From Promethearchaeota archaeon (GTDB lineage Archaea > Asgardarchaeota > Lokiarchaeia > Sigyniarchaeales > SOKP01), in NCBI GenBank assembly GCA_018238625.1, contig JABCSY010000038.1, forward strand, positions 1 to 35,280: a stretch of 35,280 nt of DNA, read 5' to 3'. The position numbers and the translations under genes are program-made. How positions within the stretch are numbered: the first letter of the stretch is position 1; every line of letters begins with the position of its first letter. This document shows positions 9,305 to 18,359 of this stretch, piece after piece. Below the pieces are notes generated by a model. It worked only from the letters and a program-made list of their open reading frames with translations, had not been told where the DNA came from and did not search any database.

Positions 9305-11020
9305 ATGATTATCGTCGATAAAAAAACAATTGCGGAATTTTTAGCCGAATATATCACAAATCTCTCAACAACTGAAATTGAGAATTTAATTGAAATACCT
9401 CCTCAAGAGTTTGATTTTTCCTATGCATTTCCTTGTTTTCAACTGGCAAAATTTGAAAAAAAAGCGCCCAACATCATAGCAAAGGAGTTAAAAAAAAGAA
9501 TAAAATTAGCTGATTATTTAGAAATCATAGAAGCGACTGGCCCTTATTTAAATTTTAAAGTAAGACCACAAATAGTTTTACAAGAAATTTTTAAACTTCA
9601 AGAAGATTACGGAAGAATCTATGAAAAATTGGGCAAAAGTAAATCAGACCCGTTGAGAATCGTAATAGAATACCCCGCGCCAAATACAAATAAGCCGCTT
9701 CACTTAGGACACATCCGTAATATGTTATTAGGCCGTTCTCTCTCGAACCTTCTTAAATATAAAGAAGAACTTGTTTTCGAGGTGAATCTAAATAATGATA
9801 GAGGAATCCACATATGTAAATCTATGTTCGCTTACAGAAAGTGGGGGAACAAAAAAGAGCCAAATATAAAATCCGATCACTTCGTAGGAGAATTTTACGT
9901 TAAATATAATCAGATGGAAAAAGAAGACGATAAGTTAATAGAAGAAGTCTACAACCTGCTTAGATTATGGGAAGAAAATGATCCTGAGGTCAGGGCATTG
10001 TGGAAAAAAATGAACGTTTGGGCACTTAAGGGCTTTAAGGAAACTTATAAAAAATTAAATATATCGTTTGATAAAGAGTATTTTGAATCGGATATTTATT
10101 GGAGGGGTAAAGAAAAAGTTCTTGAAGGATTTAATAAAGGTATTTTCAATAAGACTGAAGATGGAGCTATTTTTGCTGATTTAAAAGAAAGTTATAATTT
10201 ACCAAATAAATTTTTAATAAGAAGAGATGGCACATCGTTGTACATAACTCAAGACATTCACTTAGCCTTCCAAAAAAAAGATGATTTCAATTACGATAAA
10301 TCCATTTATGTAGTGGGAAATGAACAGGATTTGTATTTTAAACAGTTATTTGCCGTTTTGGATATGATCGGATTTAAGGAAGATAAATTTCACTTGTCGT
10401 ATGGAATGATTTATTTACCAGAAGGAAAAATGAAAAGTCGGGAAGGAACAATAGTCGATGCGGATGATATAATTGATAAAATTCAATTATTGGCTTATGA
10501 AGAGGTAAATAAAAGATATCCAGAGCTTATAGAAGAGAAAAAAAAAGAAAGGGCTAAATCTATTGGTATGGCGGCGCTATCCTTTTTCATTTTAAAATTT
10601 AACCCTAAATCGGATTTTATTTTTAATCCTAAACAAAGCATTTCGTTTGAAGGTGAAACAGGACCTTATATTCAATATTGTTACGCAAGAATTGAATCGA
10701 TAATTACGAAATCAAAAGGATTGATTGACTTAAATATTAAATGGGACTTGATAGAACACGAAAAAGAAATATCCTTAGTTAAACAATTAAATTATTTTCC
10801 AGAGATAATAGATTCCATAACAAGAAATTATAACATCCATCTAATCCCACAATATCTTTTAGCTTTATGTCAAGCGTTCAACTCTTTTTATTCTTCTTGC
10901 CAAGTTTTATCTGATAATAAAGACTTAGAAAAAACGAGGTTACTATTAATTAGGTGTGTTCAAATCGTCATCAAAATAGGATTAGATATATTGGGAATAG
11001 ATACGCTAAATCAAATGTAA
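9305..11020 (+). CDS. argS: Arginine--tRNA ligase
   Basis: PNTNKPLHLGH (HIGH), KMKSR (KMSKS-like), FEGETGPYIQYCYARI, DALR-type C-terminus ending in M; ATG at 9305 (ORF track TTG at 9299). Confidence 0.97.
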   Translation: MIIVDKKTIAEFLAEYITNLSTTEIENLIEIPPQEFDFSYAFPCFQLAKFEKKAPNIIAKELKKRIKLADYLEIIEATGPYLNFKVRPQIVLQEIFKLQEDYGRIYEKLGKSKSDPLRIVIEYPAPNTNKPLHLGHIRNMLLGRSLSNLLKYKEELVFEVNLNNDRGIHICKSMFAYRKWGNKKEPNIKSDHFVGEFYVKYNQMEKEDDKLIEEVYNLLRLWEENDPEVRALWKKMNVWALKGFKETYKKLNISFDKEYFESDIYWRGKEKVLEGFNKGIFNKTEDGAIFADLKESYNLPNKFLIRRDGTSLYITQDIHLAFQKKDDFNYDKSIYVVGNEQDLYFKQLFAVLDMIGFKEDKFHLSYGMIYLPEGKMKSREGTIVDADDIIDKIQLLAYEEVNKRYPELIEEKKKERAKSIGMAALSFFILKFNPKSDFIFNPKQSISFEGETGPYIQYCYARIESIITKSKGLIDLNIKWDLIEHEKEISLVKQLNYFPEIIDSITRNYNIHLIPQYLLALCQAFNSFYSSCQVLSDNKDLEKTRLLLIRCVQIVIKIGLDILGIDTLNQM

Positions 11021-11046
11021 CAAATTAGGATTAAAAGGATTAGACC

Positions 11047-11970
11047 ATGACTTTTTATGATTTTGGCGAGGTTATTGATAATGATACTAGATTCGTAATT
11101 TTTGGAATCCCCTGGGACTACTTAACTTCTCTTAAGGCTGCTAATTCTGCTATTGCCCCTCAAAAAGTTCGAGAAATTACATCAAATTTAGCTTTAACAA
11201 CTGAAATGGGCGTTGAAATACCTAACTTAAATCTTGTTGATATAGGAAATGTACCAATTGAACCTACGAATGTTAATAAAAATCTTGAGGAAATTGAAAA
11301 ATTTATAAGTTTGATTTTCCATCAGAAAAAGGATGTCGTTCCAATAATGATAGGTGGCGACCATTTTTGCACCTTTCCAGTTGTAAAAGCTTTAGCAGAT
11401 TCTTTTGAAAATAATAATGAATTTGGCGTTTTAATTTTTGACGCACACCTCGATTTATATAATGAATGGGATAAAAAGTTGTACTCTCACACAACTATCT
11501 CCCGTCGTTTGTTTGAGTTAGCTTTTCTCAATAAATACAACATGCTTATTGTTGGATCGAGGGATATAGATATCCCTGAATTAGATTTTGCTAAAAAAGA
11601 AGATATCGTTCATTTTGACGCTTACTTGCTCCATGAATTCGGTATTGACAAATTTACGAATAATATTATTGATTTTTTTGAAAATTCCCATATAAAACAG
11701 ATATATATATCAATTGATATTGATGTGTTAGACCCTTCTATAGCGCCGGGAACAGGATATGCTATTCCTGGAGGATTTAGTTATCGAGAATTATGGAAAA
11801 TATTAAGAAAGTTAACTAAAAACTTTGATGTTGTTGCCTTTGATTTAGTTGAAGTTTGTCCAAATTTAGATTTGTTAAATAATGTGACATCTAATTTAGC
11901 GGCTAAGTTAATAATAGAATTAATTTCTTTTATCCATAACAAACATAGAAGTGATGATTATGCCAAATGA
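11047..11970 (+). CDS. speB: Agmatinase (arginase/ureohydrolase family)
   Basis: GGDH, DAHLD, SIDIDVLDP..APGTG, DLVEV metal-binding motifs. Confidence 0.85.
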   Translation: MTFYDFGEVIDNDTRFVIFGIPWDYLTSLKAANSAIAPQKVREITSNLALTTEMGVEIPNLNLVDIGNVPIEPTNVNKNLEEIEKFISLIFHQKKDVVPIMIGGDHFCTFPVVKALADSFENNNEFGVLIFDAHLDLYNEWDKKLYSHTTISRRLFELAFLNKYNMLIVGSRDIDIPELDFAKKEDIVHFDAYLLHEFGIDKFTNNIIDFFENSHIKQIYISIDIDVLDPSIAPGTGYAIPGGFSYRELWKILRKLTKNFDVVAFDLVEVCPNLDLLNNVTSNLAAKLIIELISFIHNKHRSDDYAK

Positions 11971-12910
11971 AAATATAAAAAAGAAGTTGAAAAATGTAAA
12001 TCAATTCAAAATCGATAAGAATGATGATATTATCGATCTTATTCAATCATTAAAAAATACTGGATTTAACGCCAAGCGTTTAGCTTTAGCTTGTGAAATT
12101 TACAAGGAGATGATTGAGGATAAAAAATGTATTAAATTTTTTGGTCTTGCTGGAGCTCTAGTTCCTGCAGGAATGCAAAGAGTTATTCACGACTTCGTTG
12201 AAGAAGGTTTTATTGACGTTCTTGTTACTACTGGCGCTTCTTTAACTCACGATATTGCCGAAACATTAGGATATCATCATTTACAAGGGGAATTAAATGT
12301 AAAAGAGGTCAATGATTATGAATTACATAAACAAGATTTAAACAGAATCTACGACGTATACTTACCGAATAAGGTTTACGAAGGTATTGAAGATTACGTA
12401 ACAAATTTAGATATTCCAGACGAAAACATGCCTGTTAGTTCTTTTTTAAAGTTCCTTGGAGACCAATTACCTGATAATGATAGTTCTATTTTAAAAATTT
12501 GTGCAAAAAAAAATGTTCCTATATTTTGTCCCGCTTTTACAGATTCAGGTTTGGCTTTACAGTTAGGATTTCATCACCAAAATTTAAACCTTAACCACTT
12601 TAAAGACATGTTAAAAATGGTTGATCTAGCTTGGGATGCTAAACAAGCGGGCATTTGTATTATTGGTGGAGGCGTTCCTAAGAATTTTATTATGCAATCT
12701 TTGCAATTTTGTCCTAATTCCGCGAAGTACGCAATACAAATAACAATGGATCGGCCAGAACAAGGCGGTCTTAGTGGAGCAACTTTTGAAGAAGCAAAAT
12801 CTTGGGGAAAAGTAAGTCAAGAAGCGAAGTATTCAACGGTTATCTCAGATGCAACGATTGCTTTACCGATCCTCCTCTGGTTTTTAAAAAAGTCAAAGAA
12901 AAATAGTTAA
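11960..12910 (+). CDS. dys: Deoxyhypusine synthase
   Basis: GFNAKRL, NRIYDV, PAFTDS, GGGVPKN, GGLSGAT.EEAKSWGK (catalytic Lys), DATIALP; likely ATG at 11960 overlapping the speB end. Confidence 0.95.
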   Translation: MPNENIKKKLKNVNQFKIDKNDDIIDLIQSLKNTGFNAKRLALACEIYKEMIEDKKCIKFFGLAGALVPAGMQRVIHDFVEEGFIDVLVTTGASLTHDIAETLGYHHLQGELNVKEVNDYELHKQDLNRIYDVYLPNKVYEGIEDYVTNLDIPDENMPVSSFLKFLGDQLPDNDSSILKICAKKNVPIFCPAFTDSGLALQLGFHHQNLNLNHFKDMLKMVDLAWDAKQAGICIIGGGVPKNFIMQSLQFCPNSAKYAIQITMDRPEQGGLSGATFEEAKSWGKVSQEAKYSTVISDATIALPILLWFLKKSKKNS

Positions 12911-12943
12911 CATCTTGAAATATTACTTGAATTATTATACTTT

Positions 12944-13408
12944 TTAATAAAATAATCCTCTTAGTTTTTGATCAACATTTTTTGTATCAGAGCCAAAAAT
13001 TTCGTCAAGATTCTTCTTAAAGATCTTAAATTGAGAGATTTCTGATAAATTTTTTCCCTCGTTTTGAGCTTTAAATTCCTTAGCAACTTTATTCAATAGA
13101 GGATGGACGCTTCTATAAATGTATTTCTCTATTTTTTTCTGTTTATCAATAATTGCATACGATACTAAAAGCTCGGGCTCGACACTATCTTCTGCTAAAA
13201 TTTTTTCATTAATAAAAACTAAAGTAAATTTATTTCCTTCAAAATATTCTACAGAACCTGTAGAAAATGCAGTCTCTGCAAAATTCAAGAGTGCTGTAAG
13301 CAAACCACTTCTTAAATCGGTATCGATTTTTCCTAAAGTAGTTTTGTGATAACTTTTTTTTACTAATGTAAATCCTCGAAACAACAAACCTGCTTCTCGT
13401 ATTACCAT
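12944..13408 (-). CDS. Putative longin-like domain protein (Asgard type)
   Basis: N-terminal beta strands followed by IDTDLRSGLLTALLNFA helix and further strands, the pattern of longin/sigma-adaptin-like folds; likely start MVIRE at 13408 (ORF track extends to 13483). Confidence 0.55.
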   Translation of the reverse strand: MVIREAGLLFRGFTLVKKSYHKTTLGKIDTDLRSGLLTALLNFAETAFSTGSVEYFEGNKFTLVFINEKILAEDSVEPELLVSYAIIDKQKKIEKYIYRSVHPLLNKVAKEFKAQNEGKNLSEISQFKIFKKNLDEIFGSDTKNVDQKLRGLFY

Positions 13409-13600
13409 AATTTTAAATCTTTTTTGTGTATTATTATCTAACTTCATTAAGAATTCGTTGTTCCAATATTTTAAATATAACAATTATGTGTAATAAATTC
13501 ATTGCTGGTAAACTGAATTTTTCATTTTCGCTATAAATACATTTCTTTTAGACATAATGGAAAATTGAAAATTAATAACAGATGTAAAATTAATTCAAAT

Positions 13601-14791
13601 ATGATCGATAGAAAAAAAATTGAACTTTGTGCACAAAATATTGTTAATAGTATAAACATAAAAAAGAAGGGGGAATGTGTTTTCATCAAAGGAGGCATTT
13701 ATAGTCAAGATTTATTAGAGGAGATCGCGTTAAATGTTTATAGAATGGGAGGGATTCCTCATATTTCGTCCACAAGCGATCGATTTACAGAAACTTTCTT
13801 CCTTGATAAAAAAATTTCAAGTGAAATTCTAACAATTACGCCTAAACATTATTTAAAGTTAATCGAAAACATAGACGCCTATATCGTCATTGAACCTTAC
13901 GAAGATCCATCGATCGTAAACGAAGTTCCTAGAGAGAAATTGCTGGCCAGAGCTAAATCTCTTGCTCCTATTAGAGATGTACTCTATGGAACTAAAGAAG
14001 AGTATGCTCCAGGGAAAAAATGGTGTTACGCTGGATGGCCTTCCCAAAAAGCAGCAGCTTTCTATAATATAAGCTATGATTTACTAGAAAAATTTATCGT
14101 GGGTGGAATTAGTGTTCCTCAGAAAGATTTACATCAAATTACATCAAATATATCTAAAAATTTTAACGACGCGAAAAAAGTTCATGTCACTGATGATTTG
14201 GGAACAGACTTCTGGGTTTTGATAGAAGACCGCGTAAACATCCTCGATGATGGGTTATTATCAGATGAACAGGTTGCTATTGGAGATCTAGGAGGAAATT
14301 TACCTGCTGGAGAAGTTTTCTTCCCCCCTCACGAAAAACAAGGTGAAGGAACGATATTTTGCCCTTTAACTAAAGATAGGTTTAGCAATAAAATCATAAG
14401 AAATGTCGAACTAATTTTTAAGAACGGAAGACTATTAATCGATAAAGTTACTGCCGATGAGAATTTGAATGAGTTAATCGCTACATTTAAACAAGGTGAA
14501 AAAATAGATAAAGAAAAGAATTTAGGTGAATTACGCACCTACAATGTTGCAGAACTCGGGATCGGTTGTAATCCCGAAATAACAAAGGCAATCGGGTACA
14601 TTCTTACAGATGAAAAAATAAATGGGAGCGTACATGTTGCTTTTGGGGGAAATAAAATGATGGGAGGGACCTCGATTTCTCAAATCCACTGGGATTTCGT
14701 TACAACACCACAAGCTAATATTACAGTTGAATACAAAGATGGCACAAAAAAACTTATTATGGAAAAAGGCAAATTAATCAACAATGCTTAA
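13601..14791 (+). CDS. Aminopeptidase, M29 (thermophilic metalloprotease) family
   Basis: NLPAGEVF, AELGIGCN, DEKINGSVHVAFG, IHWDFV; likely ATG at 13601. Confidence 0.92.
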   Translation: MIDRKKIELCAQNIVNSINIKKKGECVFIKGGIYSQDLLEEIALNVYRMGGIPHISSTSDRFTETFFLDKKISSEILTITPKHYLKLIENIDAYIVIEPYEDPSIVNEVPREKLLARAKSLAPIRDVLYGTKEEYAPGKKWCYAGWPSQKAAAFYNISYDLLEKFIVGGISVPQKDLHQITSNISKNFNDAKKVHVTDDLGTDFWVLIEDRVNILDDGLLSDEQVAIGDLGGNLPAGEVFFPPHEKQGEGTIFCPLTKDRFSNKIIRNVELIFKNGRLLIDKVTADENLNELIATFKQGEKIDKEKNLGELRTYNVAELGIGCNPEITKAIGYILTDEKINGSVHVAFGGNKMMGGTSISQIHWDFVTTPQANITVEYKDGTKKLIMEKGKLINNA

Positions 14792-15975
14792 CATTTTTTC
14801 AAAAAATATAAAGGCGTTATCGAAAACAAAGACATTACAACTACAATAGTGATTAGAAATTCCAGCGGTACAAATGTGCTTAATAACGTTCCTAATGGTA
14901 CAAATATAAGATTTGCCAATAGACTAGAGCCTCTTATTAGCTCGTATGATAGGGCCGTATTTTTACTTAAATTTGAAACATCAATGTTTCTTTCAGTAAA
15001 CTGGGACATCATAATTCCGCCTACTAGTTGATTTGCGGCCATAATTAATAAGAAGGTGGTTAAATTAGAAAAGACGATAAAGAACATCAATGAAGCATAA
15101 ATCGTGATTGAAATTGATATATTAATGCACGACTTCTTTTTATTTTTAAGCCGCCTTGCAATAAACCACCCGCCAATATTTAAATACAAGAAAATAAAAA
15201 ATAAGTACGAATAATTTCTGAAGCCCTCTTCTCCAAACTTGGTAAAAATATAACTTGTGAGTGGAAATTCAATTAATTTATCACCCCAGATTAGAAAGTT
15301 TGCTAATAAGATTAATATTAAACTTAAATGTTTGTTTTTTAATTTCTTTTTCACTAATGGTTCTGTTATTTTCGTCTCAGTTATAAAATTTTTGCTAAGG
15401 GAGTTGTCTTTTATTAAAAAAAAAGTCAGCATAATAGGAAATGACATAAACCAACAGATATTAAAAAATGAAGTCCACAAATCAATGGAATTTATATCGT
15501 AAACTACTAAATTAAATAACATTATTGGAATGATACTTCCAATCGAAGCGCTAACATTTGAAATCAAAATTATATTTTTTTTTATGTTTCTATATTGCGA
15601 GGTTTCCAACATTAACTTAGCCATTCCTGCTTTGATTATTAATCGACTTGCAAAATTCAATGATAGAAATATACCAAAATAGGATAAGTTATTAATGTTT
15701 AAATTAAAAAATGAGAAACTTATAATCAAAATGAGGCTTGAAACTAACATAAGTTGTTTTTTCTTATGGGAAAATTTATCAAAAAACAAACCCGTGATAG
15801 GCCCTAAAAATAAGGTTAAATACGAAAGAAATTGAACAAATGATAATTGAATTCTGTTTACATTTAGAATCTCTAGCATGAAAAAGGGGATATATAAGAT
15901 TATAAATGTGTTAATCAAACTGATAATTAGATAGATCATGAAAAATGATAAATAATTAGTCCTTAGTAAATCCAT
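14788..15975 (-). CDS. MFS transporter
   Basis: About 12 hydrophobic segments; GLFFDKFSHKKK resembles MFS motif A. Confidence 0.75.
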   Translation of the reverse strand: MDLLRTNYLSFFMIYLIISLINTFIILYIPFFMLEILNVNRIQLSFVQFLSYLTLFLGPITGLFFDKFSHKKKQLMLVSSLILIISFSFFNLNINNLSYFGIFLSLNFASRLIIKAGMAKLMLETSQYRNIKKNIILISNVSASIGSIIPIMLFNLVVYDINSIDLWTSFFNICWFMSFPIMLTFFLIKDNSLSKNFITETKITEPLVKKKLKNKHLSLILILLANFLIWGDKLIEFPLTSYIFTKFGEEGFRNYSYLFFIFLYLNIGGWFIARRLKNKKKSCINISISITIYASLMFFIVFSNLTTFLLIMAANQLVGGIMMSQFTERNIDVSNLSKNTALSYELIRGSSLLANLIFVPLGTLLSTFVPLEFLITIVVVMSLFSITPLYFLKKC

Positions 15976-16070
15976 TTAAAAAAGCTCGATATTTTTTTGC
16001 TTATTCATTCTTTTTTACTCAATCTATAAAAAGATATGAAAATTTGAAAATTTGAGAAATAAGCGTTGTT

Positions 16071-16547
16071 TTATAAGGTGAAATTTTGAAGCAAGGAAAG
16101 AACTTCTTCTAAAACCTTTTCTTTAAACCTAATTCTTTCCGCCTTAAATTGATGCTTTTCCACAATAGTGTCCTTTTCAGTTGAAAAACCAATAAAAACT
16201 AAACCTACAGGTTTTTCAGTCGTGCCACCAGTAGGTCCTGCGATGCCGGTAATCCCTATTCCTATGTCAACATTTGAAAGTACTCTAATGTTATACGCCA
16301 ATTGTTTTGCTACTATTTCTGACACTGCTCCAAATTGATCAATCCTATCGGGATCAATTTTTAAAAGATCAATTTTAGAATTATTGCTATAACAAATGAT
16401 TCCACGTTCAAATACTTTAGATGCGCCAGAAATATTAGTTATTACGTTTGAAATATAACCTCCTGTACACGATTCTGCAATTGCTAATTTAATATTATTC
16501 TTTGCGAATTTAACGACAATTTCTTTGACACTATCTAAAATTACCAT
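16071..16547 (-). CDS. pncC: Nicotinamide-mononucleotide deamidase, CinA C-terminal family
   Basis: AESCTGG, SGASKVF, YSN..K, GAVS, TGIAGPTGG..KPVGLV. Confidence 0.9.
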   Translation of the reverse strand: MVILDSVKEIVVKFAKNNIKLAIAESCTGGYISNVITNISGASKVFERGIICYSNNSKIDLLKIDPDRIDQFGAVSEIVAKQLAYNIRVLSNVDIGIGITGIAGPTGGTTEKPVGLVFIGFSTEKDTIVEKHQFKAERIRFKEKVLEEVLSLLQNFTL

Positions 16548-16723
16548 TATTTTTCTATCACTATTTTATATGTTATTTTTTCTGGTTAATATTATAAGAA
16601 ACTGGAAGATTTATAACAATTCATTGTATAATAAAAAGCAATATAAATAAAAAACAATATTTATAATTTATATTTTAAAGAAGTTTAGATAGAGTTATAA
16701 AACAAAAATCATAATGTGATTCT

Positions 16724-17272
16724 ATGAACGAAAGTGATGAAAGGAAAGATTTCGTGTTTAAGATAACCGTGATAGGGGATGGTGGCGTTGGAAAAACATC
16801 TCTGATAAAAAAATATACTAAAGGCAGTTTTAAAAAAGAATACATAAAAACCTTAGGCGCCCAATTTTCGAAGTATGACGAGAAAATTAAGAATAGTCAA
16901 GTTAAATTATTTTTCTGGGATATTGCTGGGCAGGCCGAATTCTCATTTATGAGACCTACTTTTTACAAGGGTAGTAAAGCCGCAATTATAGTTTTTTCTC
17001 ATGCTCCGAAAGAAGAAAAAAAAAGCTTTACTCACATCTCAGATTGGCACGATGATATTAAAAAATATTGTGGAGATATTCCAATTGTATTACTCGGTAA
17101 TAAGATCGATTTAGTGAGCAAAGAATCATTAGATGATAACAAAACTGAAAAAGTAATTAATGAAAGGAGTTTTCTGGGATATTACAAAACCAGCGCAAAA
17201 ACAGGGACTGGCGTTTATGAAGCATTTCAAGCAATTATAAAAACCCTTTATGAAAAATATAAGGATCAATAA
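16724..17272 (+). CDS. Rab-like small GTPase
   Basis: GDGGVGKT, TLG, WDIAGQ, GNKID, SAK. Confidence 0.95.
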   Translation: MNESDERKDFVFKITVIGDGGVGKTSLIKKYTKGSFKKEYIKTLGAQFSKYDEKIKNSQVKLFFWDIAGQAEFSFMRPTFYKGSKAAIIVFSHAPKEEKKSFTHISDWHDDIKKYCGDIPIVLLGNKIDLVSKESLDDNKTEKVINERSFLGYYKTSAKTGTGVYEAFQAIIKTLYEKYKDQ

Positions 17273-17312
17273 AATTAATTCAACAATCTACTGGTGTTCA
17301 TAAGGTTAATTT

Positions 17313-17606
17313 ATGTCAGTAAATTTTCAACAGGGCTACCCGAGGATTTTATTCTTTTCATCGTCCTATTGCACTCCTTGCAAACCAGTAGAAGAAATGT
17401 TGAAACGAATTAATATATCAATGTTTGGTAAAAAATTGTGTATCGAAAAAGTTGATGTAGAAAAAAACTACAAATTAACTACCGAATATAAAATTACCGC
17501 CTTACCTACGGTAATTGTGGCAGATAGAAGGTTAAGTTTAAATATTCAAGAGGAGGACATTATTGATGCGATATTATATGGGTTTATTTCCTCCGTAAAA
17601 ATATAA
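17313..17606 (+). CDS. Thioredoxin-fold protein (CxxC; KaiB-like features)
   Basis: FSSSYCTPC, IEKVDV, ITALPT (cis-Pro loop). Confidence 0.85.
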   Translation: MSVNFQQGYPRILFFSSSYCTPCKPVEEMLKRINISMFGKKLCIEKVDVEKNYKLTTEYKITALPTVIVADRRLSLNIQEEDIIDAILYGFISSVKI

Positions 17607-17641
17607 TTATTAAAAAATAAAGAAAAAAGGAGTTTAAAAAA

Positions 17642-18121
17642 ATGGATAGATCGTTGCTTTCGAAAATTTTAGTACAAATGAGGAAACATTTGGAAGATGG
17701 AAAAGAAATTGGAGATATGAAAGTGGGGGCTTTATTAGCTCTTGGTCACCAATTAGAAGCTATATTTTACTATTTAGGCCATGAATTGGGAACAATTCTA
17801 AAAGTAAAACAACTTAAAGATGTTAAAAACATACCTGAAGCATTAAAAGAAAAAATCTCCGAATATAATTTAGGAGAGGTCGAGATTACGGAAAGTTCAG
17901 AGGAACTAGTTCAATTGAAACTAAGAGGGCATTCTTCAATTAAAGATCTCATCAATAGAGGGATTAAAACAGAAGGGAGTTTTTGTTCCTTCGAAGCGGG
18001 CTTATTAGCAGGTTTGGTTGAAAGAATGACTAATATTCATTGTTTCGCTCAAGAAGTAGATTGCAGTTTACAATCAGGAAATACTTACTGTGAATTTATG
18101 ATCGTGTTTCAAAAAGATTAG
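17642..18121 (+). CDS. V4R (4-vinyl reductase) domain protein
   Basis: FCSFEAGLLAGLVE...EVDC....GNTYCEF Cys/Glu signature; AGGAG SD upstream. Confidence 0.85.
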   Translation: MDRSLLSKILVQMRKHLEDGKEIGDMKVGALLALGHQLEAIFYYLGHELGTILKVKQLKDVKNIPEALKEKISEYNLGEVEITESSEELVQLKLRGHSSIKDLINRGIKTEGSFCSFEAGLLAGLVERMTNIHCFAQEVDCSLQSGNTYCEFMIVFQKD

Positions 18122-18359
18122 TTTAAAATCCATTATCTTTCAAGTGTTTTGAGTTTGTCAGTGTTGGTATAGAAATAAAGTTGAAATTAAAATATTAGCT
18201 AAGACTCGACGAATTAGTCTTAATTTCAGTTACAACTTTTTTTAAGAGTAATTTTGCTGAATTAGTAGTTTAAAAATTAAGCTAAATAATTATAGATCAA
18301 CCAAATAAGATTAACCTTGATAAATCTAAGAACAAAATAAAAAATAAATAATGAATAAA

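Noticed and set aside
17313-17606. Circadian KaiB clock gene call
   Set aside because: It has a redox-type CxxC and there is no KaiC in the window; only fold-level resemblance can be claimed.
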